From the NCBI GenBank assembly GCA_012295275.1, contig CM022677.1, positions 5,642,001 to 5,706,000 on the forward strand: a DNA stretch of 64,000 bases. The letters run 5' to 3'. This DNA comes from Chrysomallon squamiferum (lineage: Eukaryota; Animalia; Mollusca). Below the pieces are notes generated by a model. The model was not told the DNA's origin, ran no database searches, and worked only from the letters and a program-made list of their open reading frames with translations. Below, one piece after another: positions 48,950 through 62,625 of this stretch; positions within the stretch are counted from its first letter, which is position 1, and each line of letters opens with the position of its first letter. Made by a program: the position numbers and the translations under genes.

Positions 48950-49255
48950 ATTTTCTATGTCCTGGACCTACACCAGACATGCAGACTTACTGAATTGTGT
49001 GTCAATGACTAGTGAGAATTGAGAATTTCTATGTCCCAGTCCTACACCAGACAGCAGACTTACTGAATTGTGTGTCAATGACTAGTGAGAATTTCTATGT
49101 CCCAGTCCTACACCAGACATGCAGACTTACTGAATTGTGTGTCAATGACTAGTGAGAATTTCTATGTCCTGGTCCTACACCAGACATGCAGACTTACTGA
49201 ATTGTGTGTCAATGACTAGTGAGAATTTCTATGTCCCAGTCCTACACCAGACATT
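48950..49255. repeat. 67-bp tandem repeat (~4.5 copies) containing a - strand splice donor
   Basis: atttctatgtcccagtcctacaccagacatgcagacttactgaattgtgtgtcaatgactagtgaga; the reverse strand carries TCA|gtaagt. Confidence 0.9.
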
Positions 49256-49954
49256 GAAGCTGTAGATTTTTCTACCCAGTCCTACAAGTCATTCATGCCA
49301 TCTGAAAAATTCAGCTGACATTTTCCAATAACAGGATCCAACAAACATCAACTACATCTGAAAAGTATGAAAACACTTTTTATTTTATTTTTTTTTTATT
49401 TTTTAATATAAAAATATGCATCTGACAAACTATTTAAAATATATTTCACTGACAGGAACAAAAAAAAAAACTGAATATATTTGCATGCTACTGTGTGAGT
49501 ATTTTATTATTTGATAATAATGTTTGACAAAAACAAAACAAGTTTATCAGGATATATGGCAGACAAAACCTTTAATTTCTTTTTTTATATAAAAATGTAA
49601 AACAAGATTGGAGAAAAAATCAATTCTTAACTGTGCTGAAATTAATAACTTAATTAATTTACCACTATTTGAAATAAATTTTAAAAAAAATAATAATAAT
49701 AATAACATCAATAGCAATACATTAATAATAAAACAACATTAATAAAAAAAATAATAAAAAAAATAATAAACAAAAACAAACAAACAAACAAATAAAAAAA
49801 ATAAATTAAACAGAGAAAAAAAAATCAAACAAAAACACTCACCTTTTTTTTACTGAACTTTCTTGCTAAGTTGCATGACACAACTGCAGAAAAAATTATT
49901 TAACAATTATTAATAATACTTCAAAACTAATTTGAATATATCTATTTATATAGA

Positions 49955-50025
<71 letters not shown>

Positions 50026-50364
50026 TTATTTGTACATATGCTATAATTTATAACAAAATAGATGTTATTATATGCAACAAATTAACTTAAGTCAGAAAAG
50101 AACAACACTAGGCTATAAGCAGCACAGTTATCAACACTATTAAAATATTTATTGTTAAGTTTAACAAAAAAATTTTAAGAATTTATAAAATTCAAAATTT
50201 TAAAAAGATAATCAATAAAATCAGTATTTCATACAGAATTAAAAAGTTGAGAAAATAAATAAATTAATAAAGAAAAAATTTAAAAAGTTTTTGCTAAACA
50301 AACAAACAAACAAACATGCAGCTAAACACTAAATTAAAATAAAAAGTTGAACAACTTTTTTTTA

Positions 50365-51012
50365 AGCTGAACAGTTTTCTAACAAGTGTGTTTGAAATTG
50401 TAAAGATAAAAAGTTGAGAAATGCTGATTTTAAACTGACACAGTTTTTTAACAAGTGTGTTTGAAATTGTAAAGATAAAAAGTTGAGAAATGCTGATTTT
50501 AAACTGACACAGTTTTCTAACAAGTGTGTTTGAAATTGTAAAGATAAAAAGTTTAGATCTCATGCTGATTTTAAACTGACACAGTTTTCTAACAAGTGTG
50601 TTTGAAATTATAAATATAAAATTTGTTTTGAAACATATGATTTTAAATTTATAAGAAAATAGATTTATTAATGCAAGTGTTTGTAAAGATAAAAAAGTTG
50701 AGAAATGCTGATTTTAAACAGACACAGTTTTTAACAAGTGTGTTTGAAATTGTAAAGATAAAAAAAGAAAATGTGTTGATTTTAAAAAGTTGAACATGTT
50801 GATTTTAAAGTGTGTTTCATAAATGTGGTTAACAAATAAAAAAGTGTTTGATTTTAAACAGACACAGTTTTCTAAAAAAATCTGTCAAATTTGATTTTAA
50901 AATCTGTGTTTTTGGAACTGTTGTTAAAACAGTTTTTTTAACAAGTGTGTTTGAAATTGTAAAGATAAAAAGTTGAGAAATGCTGATTTTAAACTGACAC
51001 AGTTTTCTAACA
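50365..51012. repeat. ~69-bp degenerate tandem repeat starting right after the donor of the 51025 exon
   Basis: acagttttctaacaagtgtgtttgaaattgtaaagataaaaagttgagaaatgctgattttaaactgac recurs. Confidence 0.85.
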
Positions 51013-51984
51013 GACATTACTTACTAGGAATGAGACTTTCCGAGAAGCTGGACAACAGTGGGGTGACACTTCCAGACATTTCCTACTCCTCAACTTGACC
51101 AGCTGCCTCAGAGAGAAACCATCTTGATGAAAAGTTAGAGTACTCCCACCTTGTTCACCAGCCAGTCTGAACACAGGATACTCAACTAAAAAACAAAACA
51201 GTAAACATCACAATCTACTTAACATTACCTACAGCCTGTTTATCACAAACTTATGTCTTCAGTGTTCAAGTAATATCATTCTGACACAAAAGCTGAATAC
51301 AGAGCAGTTATTAACTGAACAAAAATACAAAATAAATAATTTAAAACTCTGTAGAGAAATGTTTTAAAATGTCATTTAATAGAAATTCAGCATGACACCA
51401 AAACCTACAGCTATTCTGAATCTGTGGTTTACATTTATTTTCTTATTTATATTTATCAGATATAAATTGTAATACTTTACCAAACCAGGAAACTGGCTTC
51501 ATCTCTTTATTAATAAAACATATTTAGTGATAACTTTGATAAAACTGACATTGGAGCAGAAACAAACAATGATATTCTAACACAGAAACTAACACATCTA
51601 ACACAAATATAGATAAATATATATAACATTAATATTTATATACAGTTTGTCACTTAAATAATGAATATATAGGAAATATATATAGAAAACAACAACAATC
51701 TTCTTCATAATTTGGTGTCACTCACTGTCAAAGAAACACACACACTCCTGTCTCCATCTCATCAAGTCTACAACATCAGCAGCTAATCTGTCAAGAGAGA
51801 CACACTGAACTCTTCTCTCTCTCAACACTTTGCTAGTCTCCTTAGTAACCTTCAAAATAAAAATAAAACACCACATTATTATCATTAGATTATTTTTATT
51901 CTCTCAGTTTGGCTATTCAAATACAAGACCTTATTACAAAAAAATTATCTTCATTCATATAAGTATACTGACAGTAAAATACTA

Positions 51985-52074
<90 letters not shown>

Positions 52075-52677
52075 TTATAATAACAAAAGTTACTGGAAAT
52101 TTAACTTTAAAAATTTACAACTTCATTATGATGTTAAAAAAAAAAATTGAAAGTTTTTTGTTTGTCAGGTTAAAATATATTATAATTCATCTTACACCTG
52201 AAATGTTTAATTAATCATATAAAATGCTGTTTGTTATTAAAAAAATTTTGTTGATATCTTTATTTTAAATAAGTAGACAGAATAGAACTGCCTAACACCT
52301 TATATCTCTCACAAAAACACGCTTTAAAATAATGATGATTTATGTTGCATACATAATACAATAAAAATACAATAAAAAAAAAAAACTAAAAAACAATAAG
52401 GAAGAAATTTAAAAAGAAATAAAATTACAGAGACCTACACACTTATTAAATTATCTAATATGTAGATAATAATAATTTAAAAACAGACAAAAAAAAGAAG
52501 GAATTCACTTACTGAACAAATCAAATTCCAAAAGCCTGTTAACAAGCTCCCTGTGCAGATGAACTATGACCTTTAACCTGCATGAACTTGTGTCATGTTG
52601 AAAAACGTGTATCAACTCCTGCTGTAAAATGTAGTAATCAAAACAATAACAAGAAAAAATAAAGAGTAAATAAATAA

Positions 52678-52719
<42 letters not shown>

Positions 52720-53042
52720 TTAATTTAATATGAAAACCTGTATATAGATTATTTATTTACTGTTCTAAAAGTTTGGCGTGTACTGAAAACTATTTGTTGG
52801 TGACAGGAAATGAGCAGTATCTAGCTAGCTGTTTTACTTCTGGAAAATGTAGTTACGTATAAATTAATTAATTACTACTACTGCTGCAACTGTTACATAT
52901 ATTTAGTCTATCTAGTTTTTCTTATTATTATTGTTTTTCTCTTTGTTATTATTATTGTTGTTGTTATTATGTTGTCGTTGTTGCTATTATTATTTATTTA
53001 TTTTTTATTTATTTTTATTTTTTTTTATTTTATATATATATA

Positions 53043-53084
<42 letters not shown>

Positions 53085-53298
53085 TTTTCAATTTGTTCGT
53101 GTCTGTTTTGTTGTTGTCGAATTTGTTTAATAAATGTTTTCGGAAAAGAATTGTCAGTTGTTTGTGCAGTGTTTAAGGTGAAATTCACGTCAGTAGTGAG
53201 CACTGAGAACTGGGTGGGATGGTATGGGGTGGGGGGTGACCCAGTTTATTAATTTTGTTTGAGCGCTGCGACACGACTTGAAGTCGATCGATAAACGA

Positions 53299-53312
53299 GT
53301 TGTCATGGCAGC
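53299..53312. promoter_or_regulatory. RFX X-box-like palindrome in a CpG-rich patch
   Basis: GTTGTCATGGCAGC versus the consensus GTTGCCATGGCAAC (2 mismatches). Confidence 0.3.
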
Positions 53313-53339
53313 GAAACATAAGCTGTCTTGTAGTTTCGT

Positions 53340-53370
<31 letters not shown>

Positions 53371-54005
53371 TATATTTGTGTATTGTTGTTGTTTTTGTTG
53401 TTCTTTATACTGTGATGATGATGATTAATATATTGCTCCCCTTTATTTATTTTTTTTTATTTTTTATTTTTTTAAATTTAGCAAATAAATAATAATAGAA
53501 AAAATTATCAATTTATTCAATCTTTTATTTCCGTATTTATTTCTAAAATGATATTTTTTTAAAGATTTATTTCGTTTCCTTTATTTCAAAATTAAAACGA
53601 AACGTTTCGACTGTGAATATGTGTGTTTAAGAGAGCTTGTGTTATATATATTTATAACATAACCTGCTACTGAAAATTAAACAAATAGAAATTATAATAT
53701 TTCATTTATCACCAACTCGCATGTCCTCAACCACTAAATAATAAGTATACATGTGTAAAATAAATAATTTTCTTTGTAATATAAATATTGTGTTTTGTTT
53801 TGATGTTCATAGTGGATACTTGATATTATATATAGTTTATATCTGTAGTATATGCAATTATGTATGTATTGTAGACAAGAAACGAGCCATATTTTAATAG
53901 GGTCGTTAGCACTTGAAACTTACACCGCTTATGCGCTGGGCTCCCTGACAACAATGGTGATGACAATATTTATAATAATCATAGTGACATGAAATAAAAG
54001 CCTTA

Positions 54006-54040
<35 letters not shown>

Positions 54041-56527
54041 GTTTGTTTGTTTGCTACACCGGCACCATTTCAGATTCCCGTTAAACTGTTATGAAGAAAA
54101 CATTGACAAATCCGGATTCTCTCTACGGGGTGTAAATTCCAGAACAAAATAACAATTTATATAGTAATTAGCATTGTGAAAAGCGGCACACAATTTTTCC
54201 AGTGCGATTACTTCTTAAACGATGACTGCAATTTACAAGTAATTAGGTAACCGTGTGCTGACGTTTTGTCTCTGTTTCTATGTATATAAATAAACATACA
54301 CAGACAGGTATCTTTGCATTTTATTTCATTTGATACGATGATATATTTTAACATTTAATTTATTTATTATTTTTATTAACTGATATTAATTATTAATTAA
54401 TTAATAAATTAATTTACTTATTTATATTTTTTATTATATTATTTTGTTCTTGGGTTTATTGTTACTAATACTTGTTTAAGTTAAAGTTAAAGTTAATTTA
54501 TTTCAGATAAACATTTAAAATGTTTTTATTTTCAGTTTTGCTTGAAGATCAGCTGTGTTGAGTCAGTGCAAGAGAAAATAAAAATATCTACATGGATGCT
54601 CACATTAAAATAGGTTTACTTTTTCTTACTCTTTGTTTATATCTCTGTAGCAGCCAATATTATACTTCAGTGTTTATATACTTGCAAAACCATCGTTTTA
54701 GTAAATCCTGTTAATTTATATTGCTGTATTGTTTATATGTAACATTTTGTTTATATATGCTATTCATGAGTATCATGTGTTTATATACTTGCAAAACCAT
54801 GTTTTTTGTTGGTGTGATTTATTTTTTTTATTTATATGTAACATTCTCTTATATTCTGTGAACTACAATAAATATGTATCTGTGACTGGATGACATATAC
54901 TGACTGTGATAACAAATGAAGTGAATTCTCAGGAAATGTGTTGTCTCTCATGTGAAGAGTTCAATGTATTTGGTTACCTACTTTGTTAAACTTTATATCT
55001 CAGTTTAAGCAGTTAACCTTTAAGGTATTTGTGTCAAGCTGTAATACTATAGGCGATGGTGTTTTTTACTTCAGGTATTTTACCTTTTGTAATCCTAATT
55101 TTTTTTTTTTTTTTTTTTTTTATTAGGATACAGTGTTAAGAAAAGAATGTAAAGGTTGGCAAATATATAAAAGAATTTTGTAAATATCTGTTTATGAATC
55201 TAAAATAGTGTGGTTTGTGATTGTATAAGACTATAGCAGATTATTTAATTTGTATGGTTGTGAACTTTATGATTGTCAATAAGATAAAATGAATTTTTCA
55301 AATATCTATTAAAAACTCTCAGTCATAAGAAAAAAATTTCAGAACTCAGTCCACTACAGCTTTTACAGTTACAACATATTTCAAATAATCTCACACATTT
55401 GTAAAGTAATACTTGACAACTGAAAAAAGCAAATGATTTATCTAAAAATAATATCTAAAACTTTATCTAAAGATCCAATACTTCATCCAGTAGATCAATT
55501 TATTAACATTTATTTTTAATTTAATAAACTCCAAGAACAATATAAGTCTGAACTGAGATAATTAGTATTAGAAATGTGAAGACAAAAAAAAAAAATAATA
55601 ATAATTAAAATAAAGAAATAAAGAAATATAGAAAAGAAAAGAAAAGAAAAGAAAGAAAGCAAATATTTAGAAAAAAAAACCCAGATGTAATAGTAAGTAA
55701 ATAGAGCAAATCACTTTTCTTTTCAGTCTAATAACTATTTTATTTATTTATTTATTATATGTAAAATAATAAAATTTAACTTCATACCTATTTAAAGTAA
55801 AAACAGTTCACACGTGAGCCTGCTGGTTTTAGGTACTTAAGAAGTTATTAATGTGTTTATCTCTTTATTACAAAATTGGTTGAAATTATTATTGGTTTGA
55901 GGTTTTTATGTGGTTTCTTGTCTATTGTTGCAGACGACAGAAGCTAAGACGGCAGTCGGGAAGGTCCGGAATGATCCGAATGGTAACGACCAGTTTTACG
56001 ATCCTGGGTCAGCGAGTCTCGCGGTTTTGTTTATCAAGACTACAGTCAACTGGTATCCGGCTTTCAAAGTTAATGTTTATAAAATATGTTGGCAAATTAA
56101 GGTAAACCGGTACATCCAATTTATCGAACTACGAGCAAACCGTTTATGTGAAATCAATATTTGAGATAAAGTCATTAATAGTGGCTCTTGTATTATAATT
56201 TATAGATAAACAGGTCAAGTCGCCCAAACGGAACTTTGGCCATTTCAAGCCCTGTATTACTTTCACTGTGTGTACAGTATTTTATGCAATATAGGCCTAT
56301 ATCATTTATATGTGTATTTCGCTAAGTAATATTAAAAAATATACATGTATATACACATTTTTAATAAACTTGCTGTTATGAAGTGGATAGGTATATTTAA
56401 AAATTCATTTAAATTTTATTGTGTGTGAAAGACATTTTTATATATATATATTATATATATATATATTTATTTATCAGCTAATAGGATTCATGCTGGTATT
56501 TTCAATTAAAATACAGTTGTTATTGTT

Positions 56528-56560
<33 letters not shown>

Positions 56561-56638
56561 GTTTATTATTATTATTGTTGTTGTTATTATATAATCTTTT
56601 ACAACTATTAATCATGTATATTTATTTTGTATTTTCAG

Positions 56639-59170
56639 ATGGTTGAATTACCACTGGAGTCCATATTGTCCAAGATGTTTGTCATGTCATTTCACTTGGC
56701 CTGTAGTTCTGGAATTATCACAGTTGTGTCTGTGTTGTCTGTGCAGAATGTTTTATACAGACCAGAGGTTTGAATTTTTTTATTTGTATTCGTATCACAG
56801 ATCTGATTAAGCTACTATAACATTAAACATCCTAAATTATTATTAAACAAATTTTACATAAAAAATCTGATGTTTTGAAGATGAAACAAAATAAATAAAA
56901 ATACAAGCAAAAGAATTTATTGTTTTTAAAAAGAGAAAGAAGTAAAATTATGCATAAATAAAATAAATTACTTTTCATCCATCCTAAATATTTTTTTTAT
57001 TTTATTTATGGAAAATAATCTTTTTTAAGAAAAATGTTTGACACAATGAAAGTTTTGTCACAAACTGAAAAAAAAAAAGACATTTTCCTTTTTGTTTGTT
57101 ATGAACAATAATAAAATACAGAAAAATCTGAGTAAAATAAATTTATTCTGACTAAACAATTTCTGTTTTAATATTTTAGGTGAGATTTAAATAGTAATTT
57201 GCTTTTGTTTCCAGAGATTACCAATGATAAATTATATACTTTATTTGTTTTTTAGTTATCTGTAATTTTATTTATTAGAGTTATCAATAATCAATGTTAC
57301 ATTTTTCTTAGTTAACTCACTTTTTTGTTAAGTTTTAGGAACCAATAAATGTAATTTATCACTTTACAGGATAAACAAGCCCTTGCTGTCCAGAAAAAAG
57401 GCCAGGTTCCTTCAGGCCAAGGATGACCACTTGACCATGTGTGTAGTGCACAGTTCAGTGAAGAACAATCACTTCTCCAGTCCTGACTGTTAAGAGAAAT
57501 TTGTACAGACTCAGACACTCAGATGTACTCAACATGTTTGTAAACAGATGCTGGGTATAATGGACAGGTAATTCAGTTTACTACCAGATTTTATAAACTT
57601 TAAAATAATAAATTACTTAATTTCACCTGAGAATGTTTTAATATTAATATTATTACATATATTTTTATTGTTTATTTGTAAATACAGACTTTGTCATTGA
57701 TTTACCAATTGTGATAACATAGCTGTAAGAGGAAATAGTCAATTGAACATGTATTTTAGAAAGTTTAAATTTAAAATTTAGAATAAGATAAAGATTATAG
57801 ATTTTATTTGTTATCAATTTAAAAAATAAAAATAAAATAAAATTATAATTATTATTTATTTTGAAAATTATTAGATTTATACTTAAAGGTTCTGAGTTGA
57901 TTTGTTCAAACTTGTGTTAAACACACACATACATCCCCAGATAATCAAAACTACAGGAACAACAAGAAATATTTTAATAAATACAATTTGACTTTATTTT
58001 ATTTCATTTAAATTTTATTTCACTCGAGATATATATTCGTTGAAAACATCATTCCAAAATCAAATGAAGAAATAAAATTGTAATAGTTGTTCTACAAAAA
58101 TGTACAATGTAATGTTTTATTTTCAGAAACAAGCTGGATGTTATATCAAAATCACCAGAGAGTACAGAAATCTATTTACATCAGATTCTTACAGCAAAGA
58201 AATCACAGGACAGTTACAGACAATCAGATGTTTTACATGAGTGCTGTTTTAACAGGCTGAGTGATTGGTAAGTAAACTGTATGTACATCACATTTCTAAT
58301 ACTATTACTGACATTTTTGTTTTAAATGTATGAATGTCATGTCTGATGTTTTACATCACACATCCAGTGCTAGTTAACAGACTGAGTGATTGGTAAGTAA
58401 ACTGTATATACATCACATTTGTAATACTATTACTGACATTTTTGTTTTAAATGTATGAATGTCATGTCTGATGTTTTTAACTGTCTATTTACAGCAGATT
58501 CTTCACATAAATTAATTTAAACTTTTGACTGATAAATAATTTTTAATAAACTTTTCCCTAAGGCCTTTCAGTAACCATGAAGTGTGAAAATTAATTTTAA
58601 ATGGTCTGTTTCAGATGATAGTTATTTATTATTATTTTTGATAATGACAGTGTAAGAAAAAACTCTACATTTTCACTGTTAATTAAGACAGCTATTTATA
58701 TGTGCAGTTTTCAATTACATTTTTTAATAAATGAGTAACAGACTGCACAAATCAAGATTGATACTACAATCTGTTACTTCTCATCTCAACTCTCTACTTT
58801 TAAGTCACAAAACAGAACCTTTGAATGATGTCTAGTCTTCATTTTACATGTCAAATTCTATAATCCACATTCAGAGGTAAATTTTATAATCAAGACATAT
58901 TAATACTGTTTATACAATTCTGAATATTATTTGTTTCAATAAAAACACATTTATTTTTGTTTTAAATATTTCAGGGTTGTTTATAATGAGAAGTGTTAAT
59001 GATAATCATCTGTTCATTCTAAATGGCTTCTTGAGTTTGCCTCCAAGTTTTTCAAGTTTTCTGATCACACTAAACTAAGCAAGCAGAAGAAATAGCAGAA
59101 GATGAAACATCTCAACAAAAAAGTAAAAAGAAGCTGAATGTGTGGAGAATACTGAGAACTTCTAGAATAA
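56639..59170 (+). pseudogene. DHX8: DHX8/Prp22 pseudogene copy 2 (HA2 and OB-fold exons)
   Basis: 56639-56767 MVELPLESILSKMFVMSFHLACSSGIITVVSVLSVQNVLYRPE versus [43 protein letters not shown]. 57370-57567 DKQALAVQKK[fs]ARF..DDHLT..KQMLGIMDR. 58127-58267 NKLDVI..FNRLSDW. 58975-~59170 VVYNE..[23 protein letters not shown]. Confidence 0.93.
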
Positions 59171-60399
59171 TCCACACCAAACCAAAATTTAAAAACATTA
59201 CTTGTGTGTCTACACTTATTGAATAATTGATAAAACTGTGATTTCTGATTGGAAGTCACAATGTTGTTCATACAAGATATAGTTACATACAGATCAGTAC
59301 ACATAATGTTTTGACCAGACACAGCACCAAGTTCAGTCAGGTCTGTGAAAAAAAGAGCTTTAATTTTCAGACTTAATTTTAAAGGTGTTTGGTCCAGGGG
59401 AGATAATTTCATTTTTCTGTTTTATTTTTTTGTATTTCTTATTTTATTTAAAAAAAAATAATCTACTGAATTATCTATACCAAATATAAAATAACAAAGA
59501 ACACTTAGACTTCTGGTAAAGATTTAGCCAATAAACTTATCTTAATAAAACATAAAATGGAAGTAGATAATTTTATGTTTTTTTGGAAGATAAATTAGAA
59601 ATTATAAATTTTCTGATTACAAGTTATTTGTTAATTTTTTTTGTAAACAAATAACTTGGTATTTATTATTTCATTAATTTGAATGTTTTATTATTATACT
59701 TTTGTTGGATAGATCAGAAATCTTGGTATTTTTATATTTTACAACACCCTTCGCTCTCATCTTCAAAACCTTATAAAACATTTTAAAACAAATTAAATTT
59801 AAAAGTTCAATTATATCAGGCTTTTCTAAATTTGTAATTAACGATTTTTATACCATTTTTCTAAAATTATGTTTTTTATATGAAAAAGTAGTTTTGAACT
59901 TGTTTTCTTGTTGAAATAAATATTTCAAATTATTTTGTATTCTGTTTTTAATTTAATATTTTTAGCTAACATTATCAAACATCCTAACATGAGGAATATT
60001 TTTATTTACATAGGTTTGGTACATTAACCGAAACTTAATAAACATTATAAATTCTTACATATTAGTAGCTGTACAAAATTATTTGAATTTTCTGATTCAG
60101 GTTGAGTGCATGAAATGTCCGTAACACAGAGAGAAAAAAATCACAGGCTAGTTTAGATTGTTTATTTTAAGAAAAGTAAATAAATTTGATTACATATATT
60201 TATTTATTTGTATTTTAAAAACTGAAAACTAAAACAGATTTCACCCATTTTATCCAGTCAGTAAGAGATATAAACATTTACTCAGTCTGTCAGGATATTT
60301 TCTTTACACTGTCAAACTAGAAGTGAAAACATCAGCCTAAGAGACACACACTGATGTACTGGGTGAACCAAAACATATTTTCTGAACTTTAACACCTCA

Positions 60400-62625
60400 T
60401 ATTTCCTATGTCACAGTTTGATGTGTAGACTGGGAAAACAATTCCTGACTGCAGCACTGCGAGAAGACAGCAACTGTTACAGTCTCTGATACTGCATTGT
60501 CCCACTCTGCTGTATGAGTCAGGTAAAGGACTAGCTCAGTCCTTCGTATCGTCAGTGTGGCGAGACATCACTCTCATGAACACTGCCTTCCCAAGTTTCT
60601 GTCTCATCTTGTTCTGCTGTTTTCTTCTCTCTGTTTCCTTTCTCTTCTCATCCAGCTTCAGTTTCAGACGTCACCTGCTCTTCAACTTCCTGGCTGCTGT
60701 GTTTGCCACCGTCATGCACTGTCCTCTCAGTCATCTGCCAAGTGCTTTCATTTGGCAGCATAACAAATGAAGTGTTTAAACAAACATCAGCTTATTTTCA
60801 CAAGAACACAGACTTCAACAGCACTCTGCCGTTTACATGTTTCTGTCCATGTAAACCATCACAGAACCATCAACATCGCTGTCTTCTGCAACAGGAACAG
60901 AGGGTAAGGAAACTTCAACACAAACATCCGGATTAATGTAAAACACTTCATAGCCTCTGTTTGCCATCTGACATTGACCTTCACCTACATTATTTTCAGT
61001 TATCCGTGGGGTTAGCCGAGTGTCAGACAATGGACTGACACTTACTGGTTCATTTGACAGACAACTCTGTGTGGCATTGAGGTCCAGAGAGGCAGTGGCT
61101 TCCACAGTTGTGTCCCCTTGACTTGGAAATCCATCAACTGTGACATGTGTCGTATGAGGAAATTTCCTAGACATTGTTGGAGATGTTGTCCTGTTTCTTG
61201 GAGTTTTGTCTCTTTTCTGTGTTTTTCTTTGGCTGGTTTTAGCATTAAAGCTTCAAGTTTTTCTCCCTGACTGCTCACATTTGACTGTTGAGATTGGTCA
61301 CCTGGTGTAGTAACACTACAACTTCATGCTGTCAGAGTTGTTGTAGTTGGACGTGGTCGGCTGCACTGTGTGTTGCATGTCCAGGTAAACAAAACTGAGC
61401 TGCTCACTGGTGAAACTTTGACTCATTTCTGAGTCGAATCTGATGTTGGACAAGAGTGAAGAACACACTGGTCTGAATCTGACTGGTGAGAGCACTGTCT
61501 TGTCTGTGTAAATAAATCAATAAATAAATAAATAAATAAAATACTGAATAAAATATTAAGTAAATACACAAACAAACAAATGAATAAAATATTAAATAAA
61601 ATAGTAAATAAAGTATTAATCATTTTTCTTTCTTTCTCCCCCTATTCAACTAACAAATATATTTGTATACTATTATTGTTATAACTACTACAACAAAAAC
61701 AACTACTACTACTACTACAACCACTACTGTTCCTGTTTCTACACCTACTTTTCATTTGACTTTTATAATTTCTCATTTAACTGTTATATACTCAAACTCC
61801 CTCTATTACTACTACTATTGCAACAATAAATCTGCTATTAGTACTGCTCCTACTACTATAACAAGTATGTTTCTGACTGAGTCACACAAGATACATTATG
61901 AACACAAAGCATCATCAGCTAAAATATCACTTTTACTACAAACAAGAATGATTATTATTAAGTACTAATGCTATAATAACCACACTACTACAACAATGGG
62001 TTGTACTACTACTACTGCTATTACTATAACAACAACAACAACCTCTGCAGATGCTTGTGTTTCTGCCAGGCTAGTACAGATTCTTTGATGACATTTCTCT
62101 CCTGTGGTGAGCTCACAGAATTACCTCTTCTTGTGTTCTGAGCAGTTTCTGAAAAACAAGTTTTTATTTATTTACCTTTGTAGGTAAACAAAATATTTCT
62201 CTTACTCAATTCTTAAAATCATCAAATTATAGTGAAAACTAAGAGATGGCAAAGGAAATTTTTGAACTTTCAAATAAAAACACAATAAAGTGAACTGCAT
62301 TCTGGGAGTTGAAAACAAAACAAGAAATGGTTTTCATTACTCTTAGAACAAATAAACTAAAAAGAAATGAAACAATGCAAATGGAAATAAGGAAACATGG
62401 AAGTAAACTAAGTTATCCTGCTATTTGTATACCACAATTAATTTACTTGTTACTGTAGACTATCCTTGCACTAGTCTGTTTTTCTTACTCTGTATTGAGA
62501 ATACTTCACCAATACCAAAACTGAGAAGAATGTCAGTAGATTGTTAAACAGAAAAGTTAATGTGTGTGTTTTTCATACCAGTTTGATGTTTAGGTAACAA
62601 CACTTGTCTGTTTTGTGGTATGTTC
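60400..62625 (-). pseudogene. CAMSAP: CAMSAP/Patronin pseudogene copy B (middle region, coiled-coil 1)
   Basis: Exons 62579-62625 and 62043-62148 (RRGNSV...SVLAWQK), then a large exon from 61503 containing LEALMLKPAKEK (cf. LEPLMPAVLKPAKEK) and LKLKLDEKRKETERRKQQNKMRQKLGKAVFMRVM (cf. QLEEKRRAIE...RLKLGKAAFLHVV). Stops and frameshifts are present. Confidence 0.9.

Larger units (their letters stand above)
45041..52621 (-). pseudogene. Unidentified multi-exon gene, probably pseudogenised
   Basis: AG/GT-bounded segments at about 52513-52621, 51726-51849, 51025-51185, 49843-49883, 49199-49357, 47140-47255, 46567-46694, 45433-45583 and 45041-45114. Several are open (e.g. IEYPVFRLAGEQGGSTLTFHQDGFSLRQLVKL); others contain stops or phase conflicts. 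Confidence 0.55.

Noticed and set aside
51025-52621. Faint resemblance of the unknown gene to the TASOR C-terminus or to Inscuteable
   Set aside because: Only a few scattered residues match from memory and the exon order does not fit convincingly; a profile search is needed.
54536-54612. Possible additional DHX8 exon
   Set aside because: Splice-like ends are present, but no frame gives a convincing DEAH-helicase motif.
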